64,000 bases of DNA from Alphaproteobacteria bacterium (GCA_002727315.1 PBWR01000007.1:134075-198074), one strand, 5' to 3'. Shown: positions 49,876-59,887, numbered from the stretch's first letter. Made by a program: numbers and translations. The notes: generated by a model from the sequence alone, not told the origin.

Positions 49876-50387
49876 CCGATATCCTGGTGGAGCGCCTGGC
49901 CGAGTTTCGCGGCAACGATCTGGCGGATCTGTGCGATGCGGCAGAGGCGGCGATCGTGGCGGGCGGCGGTTTCGGCTGGCTGACGCCGCCGCGCCGGGAC
50001 GTCATGGAAGCTTATTGGCGCGGCAACCTGCTGGTGCCGGGCCGCACGGTGTTCGTCGGCCGTCTGGACGGGGTGATCGCCGGTGCGGCGCAGCTCAACC
50101 GTCCGCGCGGGAGCGCCGAATCCCAGTCCTTCGCGGTCAACGTCTCGACCTTCTTCCTGTCGCCGTGGGCGCGCGGTCACGGGCTGGCGCCGGCCATCCT
50201 GGGTGCTTGCGAGGAACTGGCGCGCCGCGAGGCCTATACCGTGCTCAATCTCGATGTCCGCGCCACCCAGGAGCGGGCCATCCAGCTGTTCGAGGAAAGC
50301 GGCTATGTGCGCTGGGGCACCCACCCCAACTACGTGCGCGTGGCTGGTGAGTATATCGAAGGCTATTTTTACACGAAAAACCTCTGA
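49872..50387 (+). CDS. GNAT-family N-acetyltransferase
   Basis: ATGA overlap with hisH. The acetyl-CoA binding region is like [24 protein letters not shown]...LFEESGY. 171 aa. Confidence 0.7.
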   Translation: MTDILVERLAEFRGNDLADLCDAAEAAIVAGGGFGWLTPPRRDVMEAYWRGNLLVPGRTVFVGRLDGVIAGAAQLNRPRGSAESQSFAVNVSTFFLSPWARGHGLAPAILGACEELARREAYTVLNLDVRATQERAIQLFEESGYVRWGTHPNYVRVAGEYIEGYFYTKNL

Positions 50388-50398
50388 GCGGGCCGGCC

Positions 50399-51151
50399 AT
50401 GATCCTGTTTCCAGCCATAGACCTGAAGGACGGCGCCTGTGTTCGCCTGCTGCGCGGCGACATGGACGCCGCGACTGTCTTCAACGACAGCCCGGCCGAC
50501 CAGGCCCGCGCCTTCGTCGAGGCGGGGGCCGACTGGTTGCACATCGTTGATCTGAACGGCGCCTTCGACGGCCAGTCGGTCAACGGCGATGCGGTGCGCG
50601 GCATTCTCGATGTGACGCACGCGGCGGGTGTGCAGGTGCAGCTGGGAGGGGGCATTCGCACTGCCGACCATGTTGCAGGCTGGCTCGCCGACGGTGTCGA
50701 CCGGGTGATCCTAGGCACCGCGGCGGTGAAGGATCCTGATCTGGTCATCGGTTCCTGCGCTATCCATCCCGGCCGCGTCGCCGTCGGCATCGATGCGCGC
50801 GGCGGCCGCGTCGCGGTCGAGGGCTGGGCCGAGACCTCCGACCTGGCGGCCGACGAGCTGGCCCGGCGGTTCGAGGATGCCGGCGTGGCGACCCTGATCT
50901 ACACGGATATCGACCGGGACGGCGCCATGGAGGGCCCGAACGTGGACGCTACAGTGGCTCTGGCGAAGGCGGTGGACATTCCCGTGATCGCGTCGGGCGG
51001 GGTCTCCTCGCTGGCCGACGTGGAGGCGTTTCTGCCGTATGCCGGCGACGGGTCCGATCGCGGCATCGCCGGCGTGATCTCCGGGCGCGCGATCTATGAT
51101 GGCCGCATCGACCTGGCCGATGCCCTGCGCCGGTTGCGGGAGGCGGGCTGA
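50399..51151 (+). CDS. hisA: ProFAR isomerase HisA
   Basis: [26 protein letters not shown] and [10 protein letters not shown] motifs. Confidence 0.95.
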   Translation: MILFPAIDLKDGACVRLLRGDMDAATVFNDSPADQARAFVEAGADWLHIVDLNGAFDGQSVNGDAVRGILDVTHAAGVQVQLGGGIRTADHVAGWLADGVDRVILGTAAVKDPDLVIGSCAIHPGRVAVGIDARGGRVAVEGWAETSDLAADELARRFEDAGVATLIYTDIDRDGAMEGPNVDATVALAKAVDIPVIASGGVSSLADVEAFLPYAGDGSDRGIAGVISGRAIYDGRIDLADALRRLREAG

Positions 51152-51951
51152 TGCTCAAGGTGCGTATTATTCCCTGCCTCGACGTAAAGGACGGACGCGT
51201 GGTGAAGGGCGTCAATTTCGTCGACCTGCGCGATGCCGGCGATCCGGTGGAGCAGGCCCAGATTTACGACCGGGCCGGGGCCGACGAGCTGTGCTTTCTC
51301 GACATCCCCGCCAGCCACGAGGACCGGGACATCATCTTCGATGTGGTCGCGCGCGCGGCGGAAGCCTGTTTCATGCCGCTGACGGTGGGCGGCGGGGTGC
51401 GCACGGTCGAGGATATCCGCCGTTTGCTCCTGGCCGGGGCCGACAAGGTGTCGATCAACACGGCCGCGGTGAACAATCCGGAGTTCGTGCGCGAAGCCGC
51501 CGAGAAGTTCGGCACCCAGTGTATCGTCGTCGCCATTGACGCCAAGGCGGTGCATGATGACGGCGCGCCTGCGAAATGGGAGGTGTTCACCCATGGAGGC
51601 CGTAACCCGACGGGCATCGATGCGGTTGAATGGGCGCAGCGCATGGAAGGTTATGGCGCCGGCGAAATCCTGCTGACCTCGATGGACCGCGACGGCACCA
51701 AGTCCGGCTTCGATGTCGGACTGACCCGCGCGATCGCCGATGCCGTGTCGATCCCGGTGATCGCCTCGGGCGGCGTGGGCACCCTCGACCATCTTGTCGA
51801 AGGCGCGCGCGACGGTCATGCTTCTGCGGTGCTGGCAGCCTCGATCTTCCACTTCGGCGAACATTCGCTGGGCGAGGCGAAGGCACACATGGCCGCCGCG
51901 GGTGTCCCCGTGCGGCCGGTTTCGAGCGACGGCGAGACGGAGACTTCATGA
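51151..51951 (+). CDS. hisF: Imidazole glycerol phosphate synthase cyclase subunit HisF
   Basis: [31 protein letters not shown] and ASGGVG motifs. Confidence 0.96.
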   Translation: MLKVRIIPCLDVKDGRVVKGVNFVDLRDAGDPVEQAQIYDRAGADELCFLDIPASHEDRDIIFDVVARAAEACFMPLTVGGGVRTVEDIRRLLLAGADKVSINTAAVNNPEFVREAAEKFGTQCIVVAIDAKAVHDDGAPAKWEVFTHGGRNPTGIDAVEWAQRMEGYGAGEILLTSMDRDGTKSGFDVGLTRAIADAVSIPVIASGGVGTLDHLVEGARDGHASAVLAASIFHFGEHSLGEAKAHMAAAGVPVRPVSSDGETETS

Positions 51952-52283
51952 TGGCCGATAATCCGACAGCCGACATCGTGGATGCGCTTTACGCGGTCAT
52001 CGAATCGCGACGCGGCGGCGATCCCGACAGTTCCTACACCGCGCAGCTTCTCGCGCGCGGCACCGGCAAGATTGCCGAGAAGGTGGGCGAGGAGGCGGTC
52101 GAATCCATCATCGCCGCCCTGAACGAGGGCCCCGATGCGCTGGCGTCGGAGAGCGCGGACCTGATCTACCATCTGTGCGTGCTGTGGGCCGATGCCGGCG
52201 TGCGGCCCGAGGATGTGTGGGCGAAACTGGCCGAACGTCGGGGCGTTTCGGGCCTGGACGAGAAGTCGAGCCGGGAGAAATAG
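51948..52283 (+). CDS. hisE: Phosphoribosyl-ATP pyrophosphatase
   Basis: ATGA overlap with his[25 protein letters not shown] and ESADLIYHL motifs. 111 aa. Confidence 0.9.
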   Translation: MMADNPTADIVDALYAVIESRRGGDPDSSYTAQLLARGTGKIAEKVGEEAVESIIAALNEGPDALASESADLIYHLCVLWADAGVRPEDVWAKLAERRGVSGLDEKSSREK

Positions 52284-52652
52284 ATGGCTTATGACAACGA
52301 GAATATCTTCGCGAAAATCCTGCGCGGCGAGATTCCCTGCGACAAGGTATATGAGAGCCAACATGCGCTGGCGTTCAACGACATCGCGCCCCAGGCGCCG
52401 GTCCACGTGCTGGTGATCCCGAAAGGTCCGTATGTGTCGAGCGACGATTTCTCGGCAAACGCCTCGGAGGCCGAGATCGCCGGCTTCGTCCGGGCGGTCG
52501 GCGATGTTGCGCGCGAGCTGGGGCTGGCCGATCCGGGCTACCGGATCCTGGCCAACCACGGCCCGGACAGCGGCCAGGAAGTGTCCCATTTCCACATCCA
52601 TATCTTCGGCGGCCAGAACCTGGGTCGCATGATCAAACCGCCCGAACAATAG
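52284..52652 (+). CDS. HIT-family (histidine triad) nucleotide-binding protein
   Basis: NIFAKILRGEIPC and the histidine triad HFHIHIFGG. It starts immediately after the hisE stop. Confidence 0.9.
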   Translation: MAYDNENIFAKILRGEIPCDKVYESQHALAFNDIAPQAPVHVLVIPKGPYVSSDDFSANASEAEIAGFVRAVGDVARELGLADPGYRILANHGPDSGQEVSHFHIHIFGGQNLGRMIKPPEQ

Positions 52653-52726
52653 GTGCGCTGGCCAGTTTCGGCTTGTTCCGGGTGCCTGCGTTGTCCACAA
52701 TATCGCGGGGATCACGGAGAAGAATC

Positions 52727-53590
52727 ATGGCCTATGAAACCATCAACGTCACCGAAATGTCGCCCGCCTGCGGCGCCATCATCGAGGGGATCGACCTCTC
52801 GCAGGATTTGACGAACCGCCAGTTCGACGAAATTCACGAGGCCCTGCTCGACCGCACCGTGATCGTGTTTCGTGACCAGGACCTGACACCCGACCAGCAG
52901 GTCGCGTTCGCGCGCCGCTTCGGCGAACCCCAACCGGCTGCCGTGTCGGGGTTCGAGAAGAGCAAGGACAATCCCGAGATCGACATCCTCGAATACGATG
53001 TCGAAAACCCGCCCCACGTGACCCGGGACCTCTGGCACACGGATTTCGCCGGGACCGAGCGCCCGACCATGGGCACGGTGCTCTACGCCAAGGATATTCC
53101 CCCGCGCGGCGGGGACACGGTCCGGGTCAACATGGCGGCCGCCTACGAGGCGCTGTCGGACCGCATGAGGGCCCACCTCGAGGGCCTCGAGGCCTATCAC
53201 GATTCGAACCAGCCCTACGGCGTGCATGTGCGTCCGGAAATGTACGAGGCCGACAAGGGGACCGATCATCTTCTGGAGGAGCGGAAGCACTATATTCCGG
53301 CCCTGCATCCGGTCATCCGCACCCACCCGGTCACCGGCAAGAAGGGGCTCTTCGTCAACGAATCCATGACGGCCTTCATCAAGGACATGGACCGGCGCGA
53401 GAGCGATTTCCTGCTGCGCTACCTGTTCGACTACCTGCGGACGCCCGAATTCCAGTACCGCCACAAGTGGAAAACCAACGATCTGGCGGTCTGGGACAAC
53501 CGGTTGTCGCTGCACTATGCGCTGTTCGACTACACCGACCATCGCCTGATGCACCGCATCGTCATCCAGGGCGCCGTGCCCCACGCCTAG
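52727..53590 (+). CDS. TauD/TfdA-family Fe(II)/2-oxoglutarate dioxygenase
   Basis: GAIIEGIDLS and WHTDF (HxD) motifs, a distal His region, and RLMHRIVI. GGAGA RBS upstream of ATG 52727. Confidence 0.85.
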   Translation: MAYETINVTEMSPACGAIIEGIDLSQDLTNRQFDEIHEALLDRTVIVFRDQDLTPDQQVAFARRFGEPQPAAVSGFEKSKDNPEIDILEYDVENPPHVTRDLWHTDFAGTERPTMGTVLYAKDIPPRGGDTVRVNMAAAYEALSDRMRAHLEGLEAYHDSNQPYGVHVRPEMYEADKGTDHLLEERKHYIPALHPVIRTHPVTGKKGLFVNESMTAFIKDMDRRESDFLLRYLFDYLRTPEFQYRHKWKTNDLAVWDNRLSLHYALFDYTDHRLMHRIVIQGAVPHA

Positions 53591-53688
53591 GCGGCAGATT
53601 GCCGCACCGCAGCAATTCCTGAAAGGCACAGAAGAAGCGCGTCACGCGCGGCTTGTTGCGTCGCACAATATATTTTATGCCGCAGAAA

Positions 53689-53713
53689 ATGCTGCGCAAT
53701 ATGGGCGCAGCAT
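53689..53713 (-). terminator. Hairpin (ATGCTGCGC-n7-GCGCAGCAT), candidate terminator of the P450-thiolase transcript
   Basis: Perfect 9-bp stem with a 7-nt loop, 13 nt past the thiolase stop. On the minus strand it is followed by TTTCTG, a weak U-tract. Confidence 0.5.
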
Positions 53714-53725
53714 TGGCCGTCCGGA

Positions 53726-54961
53726 TTAGTCGCGTCCGAGAATGGTGACGCAGGCTACGGCCTCCTCGATGCCGTGGAAACCGCCGCCGTTTTCCGCGAT
53801 CGCGAACCTTGCGCCGTCGACCTGGCGGCCCTTCGCCTCCCCGCGCAGCTGGGTGGTGAGCTCGTATATCTGTGCCAGGCCGGTCGCGCCGACCGGGTGG
53901 CCCTTGGATTCGAGCCCACCCGACGGGTTGACCGGAATCCGCCCGCCCAGGCTGGTGGCGCCCGATTCCGTCAGCGGCCCCCCTTCCCCGAAACCGCAGA
54001 AGCTCAGATTCTCGACCTGCTGGATCTCCGCGAAGGCGGTCGCGTCATGCACCTCGGCCACGTCCATGTCCTCAGGGCCAAGTCCGGCGCGCGCATAGGC
54101 ATCCCTGGCGGCCAGGTGGGTGATGTGACGTTCCACCTCTTCGGGCTTGCGGTCCGAGCCGGAGCGCAATGCCGTGGCGCAGATTTTCACCGCGCGGGCC
54201 CGGTCGAAACGGTCGAGCTCTTCTTCCCGGCACAGGATGGCGGCGGCAGCGCCGTCGGAGATCGGCGAGCACATGGGCAGGGTGAGTGGCCAGCTCACCT
54301 TGCGGGCCGCCATCACCTCGTCGACGGTCATCGGGTCGCGATACTGGGACAGCGGATTGTGCTGGGAATGCACATGGTTCTTGGCGGCCACCGCGGCGAT
54401 CTGCGCCTGGGTGGTGCCGAACGACTTCATGTGGAACTTCGCCAGCGCGGCATAGACGTCCATGAACACGCTGCGCTGGCCGGTATCCTCTTCCCCGTCC
54501 GGGTCGTCCAGCCCCTGGCCCATCGCCAGCAGCCGATCGGTGGCCGCGTCAACATCGTGCACGTCCCAGCCACCGTCGAAGACGGAGAACATCTTCGCCC
54601 GGTCCTCGTGGAACATCTTCTCGGCACCGATGGCCAGGGCAATCCCGCCGCGGCCCGCCTGCAGCCATGTGGCGGCCATGTCCAGCGCGGTCGAGGCACT
54701 GGCGCAGGCGTTCTCCACATTGGTGACCGGGATTTCCTGGATTCCCATGTTGCGCAGGGCGATCTCGCCGGGGATCGAGCCCTGGCCTTCCAGGATGGCC
54801 TGTGCGGCATTGGAGAACCAGGCCGCCTCGATATCGCCTGTCGACGCGCCCGCATCGGCCAGGGCGTCGGTGATCACGTCCCGGGTCATGTCCTTGATGG
54901 GGCGGTCGAGATACCGGCCGAATGGCGTCATGCCGACGCCGACAATATAGATCTCGCTCAT
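53726..54961 (-). CDS. Thiolase-fold protein, SCP-x/lipid-transfer (non-specific thiolase) type
   Basis: MSEIYIVGVGMTPFGR, nucleophile Cys in VENACASASTAL, and C-terminal SGGLESKGHPVGATG and AENGGGF. The 699-aa ORF in the track is an artefactual 5' extension. Confidence 0.85.
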   Translation of the reverse strand: MSEIYIVGVGMTPFGRYLDRPIKDMTRDVITDALADAGASTGDIEAAWFSNAAQAILEGQGSIPGEIALRNMGIQEIPVTNVENACASASTALDMAATWLQAGRGGIALAIGAEKMFHEDRAKMFSVFDGGWDVHDVDAATDRLLAMGQGLDDPDGEEDTGQRSVFMDVYAALAKFHMKSFGTTQAQIAAVAAKNHVHSQHNPLSQYRDPMTVDEVMAARKVSWPLTLPMCSPISDGAAAAILCREEELDRFDRARAVKICATALRSGSDRKPEEVERHITHLAARDAYARAGLGPEDMDVAEVHDATAFAEIQQVENLSFCGFGEGGPLTESGATSLGGRIPVNPSGGLESKGHPVGATGLAQIYELTTQLRGEAKGRQVDGARFAIAENGGGFHGIEEAVACVTILGRD

Positions 54962-54987
54962 GGTGCGGGGTCCCTCGTTCTGCCGCC

Positions 54988-56229
54988 TTAGACCGATACG
55001 GGCATGCTGGTAAGCCCGCGGAACCGGGCACGGCCGCCGCGGCTGACGGGGCCGGTGCGCTCGATCTCCGGGAACGCCGCGACCAGCTTGCCGATGGCGA
55101 TGGTGCCCTCCATCCGTGCCAGCGGGGCACCGATGCAGGCATGGATGCCGGCGGCAAAGGCCAGGTGCTTGTTGGGTGTGCGGGCGATGTCGAAGACGTC
55201 GGGGTTGTCGAAGGCTTCCGGATCGTGGTTTGCCCCGCCGATGCTGGTCAGCACCTGGGTACCGGTCGTCAGGGTGATGCCGCCAACCTCGAAGGGCTCG
55301 GCGATGCCCCGATTGCCGATCTGCAGCGGGCTGTCGAAGCGGAGCATTTCCTCGATCGCGCTGCCGATGAGCGAGGGGTCCTGCTGCAGCGCCCGCAACT
55401 GGTCGGGGCTGTCGAACATGGCCTTCATGCCGTTGCCCACCAGGTTCGTGGTGGTCTCGTGGCCGCCATTGAGCAGCAGGATGCAATTCTGCACGAGCTC
55501 GTCTTCGGTCAGCGGGTCGTCTTCGGAATCCTGGGAATTGATCAGATCTTCCAGGATGTCTCCTGCGCGCACGCCGCGCGCCATGTTCACTCGCTTTTCC
55601 GCCAGCAGATCGCGCAGGAACGCGCTGAACTCGGTCACCGCCTGATTGCCTTCCGCCACCATTTCCGGTGTCGCGGTCGGCTCCAGCGGCGTCAGGATCA
55701 GTCGCGACCATTCCTGGAGCCGTTCGCGCTCGCTGGTATCGATGCCGAGCATCGAGCAGATCACCTCGACGGGCAGGGGAAACGCGAAATCGAGGACGAG
55801 GTCCATCCCGCCCTGTTCGCGGCATCGTTCGATAAGATTGTCGACCAGGTCGACGACCCGGTGCTCGAGCTGTGCAAGCGCGCGCGGCGTGAAGGCGTGG
55901 CGCAGAAGGTTCCGGATCCGGGTGTGATAGGGCGGATCGCTGAACAGCATCGACGTGGTGTGCTGTTCCAGCAGCGGGCCCGGTCCGTATTTCTTCGTGA
56001 ACATCTCGGTCTTGTCGGACGTCATACTCTTGGTCCGGTAAACGCGACGGACATCCTCGTAGCGGGTCAGGTAGTAGGATCCGTCGGCATTCTCGTGCAC
56101 CGGCTCGCGCTCGCGCAGGGCCCGGTAATAGGGGTAGGGGCTTTCGTAGAAGCCGGGCGGGGGCGCGAATATACTGAACCCGTCGATCAGTTCTTGCTGC
56201 GGATCGTGAAGGTCGGCTGAAGTGGACAT
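54988..56229 (-). CDS. Cytochrome P450
   Basis: Heme-binding loop FAAGIHACIGAPLA (FxxGxHxCxG), an I-helix-like LLLNGGHETT, and an ExxR-like EEMLR. 413 aa. Confidence 0.92.
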   Translation of the reverse strand: MSTSADLHDPQQELIDGFSIFAPPPGFYESPYPYYRALREREPVHENADGSYYLTRYEDVRRVYRTKSMTSDKTEMFTKKYGPGPLLEQHTTSMLFSDPPYHTRIRNLLRHAFTPRALAQLEHRVVDLVDNLIERCREQGGMDLVLDFAFPLPVEVICSMLGIDTSERERLQEWSRLILTPLEPTATPEMVAEGNQAVTEFSAFLRDLLAEKRVNMARGVRAGDILEDLINSQDSEDDPLTEDELVQNCILLLNGGHETTTNLVGNGMKAMFDSPDQLRALQQDPSLIGSAIEEMLRFDSPLQIGNRGIAEPFEVGGITLTTGTQVLTSIGGANHDPEAFDNPDVFDIARTPNKHLAFAAGIHACIGAPLARMEGTIAIGKLVAAFPEIERTGPVSRGGRARFRGLTSMPVSV

Positions 56230-56343
56230 CTGGTACTCAGCGTATTGTTTGCGTTCCGAGGGTTACTGTAAACAGCGCGCCGGTCTATGACTACATGGCG
56301 CTCGCCCGGCCCGGGTCGCGGCGCGAAACAGGGGTTGAAAATC

Positions 56344-57045
56344 ATGAGTCATGTCGGCGGGGGCCTCGAACATCATTTCATTCACCGGATCGGCTGGTTG
56401 CGTGCTGCCGTTATGGGGGCGAATGATGGGATCGTTTCGACCGCCAGCCTGATCGTCGGCGTGGCGGCGGCTACAGCGGACCGGGATGCCATCCTGATTG
56501 CCGGTGTTGCCGGTCTCGCGGCGGGTGCCATGTCGATGGCGGCGGGCGAGTATGTCTCGGTCAGCTCCCAGTCGGACACCGAGCGGGCGGATTTGGAAAC
56601 CGAACGCCAGGCCATTGCCGAATCGCCCGAGACCGAGCGCGAGGAGCTGGCTCAGATCTACGTTGCGCGGGGCCTGGAAGAAGACTTGGCCCGGGAGGTC
56701 GCGACCCAACTCATGGACCATGACGCGCTGGGCGCCCATGCACGCGATGAGCTCGGCATGTTCGAGATGGCGGCCGCTCGCCCGTTGCAGGCTGCTTGGA
56801 CCTCGGCCGCGACCTTTGCCGTGGGTGCGGGTTTGCCGCTGGTGGCCGTGGCGCTGGCGCCGGTCGCACAGGCTATTCCCGTCGTCTCGTTGGCTTCGCT
56901 GGTCAGCCTGGCGGTGCTCGGGGCCGTGTCTGCGCGGGCGGGTGGGGCACCCCTGTTCCCCGCCGCGGCGCGGGTCACGCTCTGGGGTGCGGCGGCGATG
57001 GCGGCGACCGCGGCCATCGGCTCGCTGTTCGGCGCGGTGATCTAG
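56344..57045 (+). CDS. VIT1/CCC1-family iron/manganese transporter
   Basis: WLRAAVMGANDGIVSTASLIVGV and AGAMSMAAGEYVSVSSQ motifs, with C-terminal TM helices. 233 aa. Confidence 0.85.
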   Translation: MSHVGGGLEHHFIHRIGWLRAAVMGANDGIVSTASLIVGVAAATADRDAILIAGVAGLAAGAMSMAAGEYVSVSSQSDTERADLETERQAIAESPETEREELAQIYVARGLEEDLAREVATQLMDHDALGAHARDELGMFEMAAARPLQAAWTSAATFAVGAGLPLVAVALAPVAQAIPVVSLASLVSLAVLGAVSARAGGAPLFPAAARVTLWGAAAMAATAAIGSLFGAVI

Positions 57046-57059
57046 CGCAGTGGGCCTGT

Positions 57060-57195
57060 TCGTCCGTTAGGTGCAGCACGATCTCTCTCGGCCTCGGATG
57101 GCTGCGGTGTTCGAACAGGAAGATACCCTGCCAGTTGCCAAGGGCCATCACGCCGCCGGCGACTGGGGTGTGCAGATCTGTCTGGGTGAGTGCGC
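57060..57195 (-). pseudogene. Relic of a YjbQ/UPF0047 (secondary thiamine-phosphate synthase) gene, C-terminal ~40 codons only
   Basis: The minus-strand frame reads ALTQTDLHTPVAGGVMALGNWQGIFLFEHRSHPRPREIVLHL, matching the conserved YjbQ C-terminus (...LGTWQGI.L.EHR...R). An in-frame TGA lies immediately upstream, and no N-terminal ~90 aa is detectable. Confidence 0.45.
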
Positions 57196-57297
57196 CTCAC
57201 CGGGCCCATCGGCCGCGGCGGCCTCCAGCGGTTCGCCGTCCGCCCCGACTATAGGGCCCCCCACACCGAGAGAAGAACAAACGGCCGGTTTTGGCAG

Positions 57298-58167
57298 CTA
57301 GATAGCAGGGAATCCGAACAGTTCTGCTGGGTTGTCGACGAGGATCTTCTTTCGCACTGCCTCGTCGGGCGCCCATTCGAGCAGCAGGTCGAGCAAGTCG
57401 GCATCGTTGGGCATGGTCTCGAAATGGTCTGGATGCGGCCAGTCCGAGCCCCACATGACCCGGTCGGGCGCCCGCTCGATCAGTGCCTTGGCGAAGGGCC
57501 AGGTGTCCTCGTAGGGCAGTTCCATGCCGTTGGTGAAGCGCATTGGGCCGGAGATCTTCACCCAGCAGCGCCCGGTGTCGATGCAATCGAGCACGGCCCG
57601 GAAGCCCGGCGCGTCGATGCCCAGTTCGGCGGGCTGCCAGCCCATATGGTCGATCACGAAGTTTCCCGGCGAGGCGAGCATGATCTCGCGCCAGGCCGCC
57701 GCCTCGTCGGGCCCCCGGAACCAGTATTGCGGGTGCCAGCCGAACTCGTGAGTGCGTGCGATGATGTCGGTATTGATCTCGGGGTTGGCGCGGTAGGCGA
57801 ACCGGGCCCCGACGACGCCCACATCCGTCAGGATCTGGAGTTCCCGGTCGGTTATATCTGGCGCCGGCAGCGCGATACCTCGGAGCCGCTCGGGCTCGCG
57901 CGACAGGGCGTTGATCAGATACTCGTAGGTCTGGCCCTGCACAACGGAATGCACGATTACCCCGCGCTCGATGCCGAGCGCGTTGTGCATCTTGAGCATA
58001 TCTTCCAGCGTCGAATCCTCGACGATCAGCGGGGCATCTGGGTGATAGGGGAAGCGCTTGCCAGGCCCGTAGAGGTGAAAATGGGTGTCCGTGGCACCCG
58101 GTGGGGCTTTCAGCTTGGGCGTTTTGGTGTCGCGCTGCGGCGGCGGCGATTTCTTGCGTTCGGACAT
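57298..58167 (-). CDS. Amidohydrolase-2 family protein (LigI/2-pyrone-4,6-dicarboxylate lactonase-like)
   Basis: DTHFHLYGP metal-binding motif, VIDHMG, and GSDWPHP. 289 aa. Confidence 0.8.
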   Translation of the reverse strand: MSERKKSPPPQRDTKTPKLKAPPGATDTHFHLYGPGKRFPYHPDAPLIVEDSTLEDMLKMHNALGIERGVIVHSVVQGQTYEYLINALSREPERLRGIALPAPDITDRELQILTDVGVVGARFAYRANPEINTDIIARTHEFGWHPQYWFRGPDEAAAWREIMLASPGNFVIDHMGWQPAELGIDAPGFRAVLDCIDTGRCWVKISGPMRFTNGMELPYEDTWPFAKALIERAPDRVMWGSDWPHPDHFETMPNDADLLDLLLEWAPDEAVRKKILVDNPAELFGFPAI

Positions 58168-58277
58168 GATCCTTCACTCCCCGGACATGCTGCGTTCCGG
58201 GCACGATTGAATCTTTTGTCCGTAAGCGCAACAATGCGCGTTCGATGCCTACCGAACAAGGCACTTAGAATCGGGAG

Positions 58278-58889
58278 ATGACGATGAACGCGGTTGCAAA
58301 AATGCCGAAGACGGCAAAGGAACGGGGAAAGGTCGCGCCCGCAAAACTGGCGCACGTGGTCCTTCGGACTCCGCCAGAGCGCGCCAAGACGGTGCTCGAT
58401 TGGTACAAGGTCGTGCTCGAGGGCGAAGCCATGTTCGAGACCGACGCTTTCGGTTTCGTGACCTACGACGATGAGCATCATCGCGTCGCGGTGCTTGGCT
58501 TCCCGGGACTGAAGGAACATGTGGACGGCCATGCCGGCATGCATCACATGGCGTTCACCTATGAGAATCTCGGTGACCTGATGCACACCTATGAGCGCCT
58601 GCGTGACGAGCACGACATCAAGCCCGAATTCTGCATAAACCACGGCCCGACCACGTCGATGTACTACTTCGACCCGGACAAGAACCAGGTCGAGCTTCAG
58701 GTCGACAATATCCCCGTCGAGCAGTTCGCCGAGTATTTTGACAACGGCGAATTCACCGAGAACCCGATCGGCATCAAGTTTGACCCGGACGAGTTGTCGG
58801 CGCGCCTGAAGGCGGGCGAGGATGAGAAAAGCCTGCTGCAGCGCCCGGACGGAATCCCGCCGGACCTGTCGGAATTCCCGGCCAACTAG
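58278..58889 (+). CDS. VOC-family protein (glyoxalase/extradiol dioxygenase fold)
   Basis: LAHVVLRTP..., HHMAFTYE..., and YYFDPDKNQVELQ are typical VOC beta-alpha-beta modules. Confidence 0.75.
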   Translation: MTMNAVAKMPKTAKERGKVAPAKLAHVVLRTPPERAKTVLDWYKVVLEGEAMFETDAFGFVTYDDEHHRVAVLGFPGLKEHVDGHAGMHHMAFTYENLGDLMHTYERLRDEHDIKPEFCINHGPTTSMYYFDPDKNQVELQVDNIPVEQFAEYFDNGEFTENPIGIKFDPDELSARLKAGEDEKSLLQRPDGIPPDLSEFPAN

Positions 58890-58933
58890 GTTCGTTCAGA
58901 GAGGGTCGGAAGGCCCCCTCAGCCATTGGGCCG

Positions 58934-59887
58934 TCACCCGGCGACGTTGTCGCGCCGGGCCTCGATGGCGTCCCAGATCAGGGCCGACAGGTTGGTGTCT
59001 TCGAACCGGTCGATCTCCTGAATGCCCGTCGGTGAGGTGACGTTGATCTCGGTTAGGTAATCGCCGATCACGTCGATGCCGACAAAAATCAGCCCTTGCT
59101 CGCGCAATGTCGTCCCGATGGTGGCGCAGATGTCGCGCTCGCGCGGAGTCAGCCCGATCTTCTCCGCCCGGCCGCCGACATGCATATTGGACCGCGCCTC
59201 ACCCTCGGCGGGCACCCGGTTGATGGCGCCCACCGGCTCACCGTCGACCAGGATGATGCGCTTGTCGCCGGCGCGCACCTCGGGCAGGTAGCGCTGTACG
59301 ATAATCGGCTCGCGGAACATCTCGGCGAACATCTCCAGCAGGGAGTTCAGGTTTTCGTCTTCGGGCTTGATGTGGAATACCCCGGCCCCGCCATTGCCGT
59401 AGAGCGGCTTGACGATGATGTCCTTGTGCTTGTTACGGAAGGCGGTGATTTCCTCGTGAGAGGAGCTGATCAGGGTCGGCGGCATGATCCCGTCGAAATG
59501 GGTGACCAACAGCTTTTCCGGCGCGTTACGCACGGAGATGGGGTCGTTCACCACGAGGGTCTGGGGGTGCACATGTTCGAGGATATGGGTGGCGGTGATG
59601 TAGGCCATATCGAAGGGCGGGTCCTGGCGCATGAGCACCACGTCGACACCCGCCAGGTCGAGGGTCTCGTGCGCGCCGAAGGTGAAATGATTGCCGGCCT
59701 CGCGGCGCACCTGCAGGGGCCGGGCCCGGGCGACGACACGGCCTTCGCGCAGGGATAGGTCTTGGGGCAGATAGTGGAACAGGCCGTGTCCGCGCGACGC
59801 GGCCTCGAGGGCCATGGCGAAGGTCGAATCGCCGTCGATGTCGATGTTCTCGATCGGGTCCATCTGGATTGCTACGGCAAAGCTCAT
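58934..59887 (-). CDS. gshB: Glutathione synthetase
   Basis: [32 protein letters not shown] and an ATP-grasp region [12 protein letters not shown]. 317 aa. Confidence 0.95.
   Translation of the reverse strand: MSFAVAIQMDPIENIDIDGDSTFAMALEAASRGHGLFHYLPQDLSLREGRVVARARPLQVRREAGNHFTFGAHETLDLAGVDVVLMRQDPPFDMAYITATHILEHVHPQTLVVNDPISVRNAPEKLLVTHFDGIMPPTLISSSHEEITAFRNKHKDIIVKPLYGNGGAGVFHIKPEDENLNSLLEMFAEMFREPIIVQRYLPEVRAGDKRIILVDGEPVGAINRVPAEGEARSNMHVGGRAEKIGLTPRERDICATIGTTLREQGLIFVGIDVIGDYLTEINVTSPTGIQEIDRFEDTNLSALIWDAIEARRDNVAG

Noticed and set aside
54962-55825. N-terminal 288-aa extension of the thiolase ORF (track ORF 53726..55825, 699 aa)
   Set aside because: The extension is Arg/Pro/Gly-rich junk that overlaps the P450 gene in another frame. 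The thiolase homology begins at MSEIYIVGVG (ATG 54961).
56230-56343. Possible yybP-ykoY manganese riboswitch upstream of the VIT1/CCC1 transporter
   Set aside because: The 114-nt leader lacks the GGGGAGTAG-type conserved core and is too short for the four-way junction. A scan with Rfam RF00080 would confirm.
57197-58264. 355-aa minus-strand ORF and the 363-aa plus-strand ORF 57190..58281
   Set aside because: Both overlap the amidohydrolase gene (57298..58167), which has the DTHFHLYGP motif, in alternative frames. Their translations are Arg/Gly/Pro-rich without motifs.
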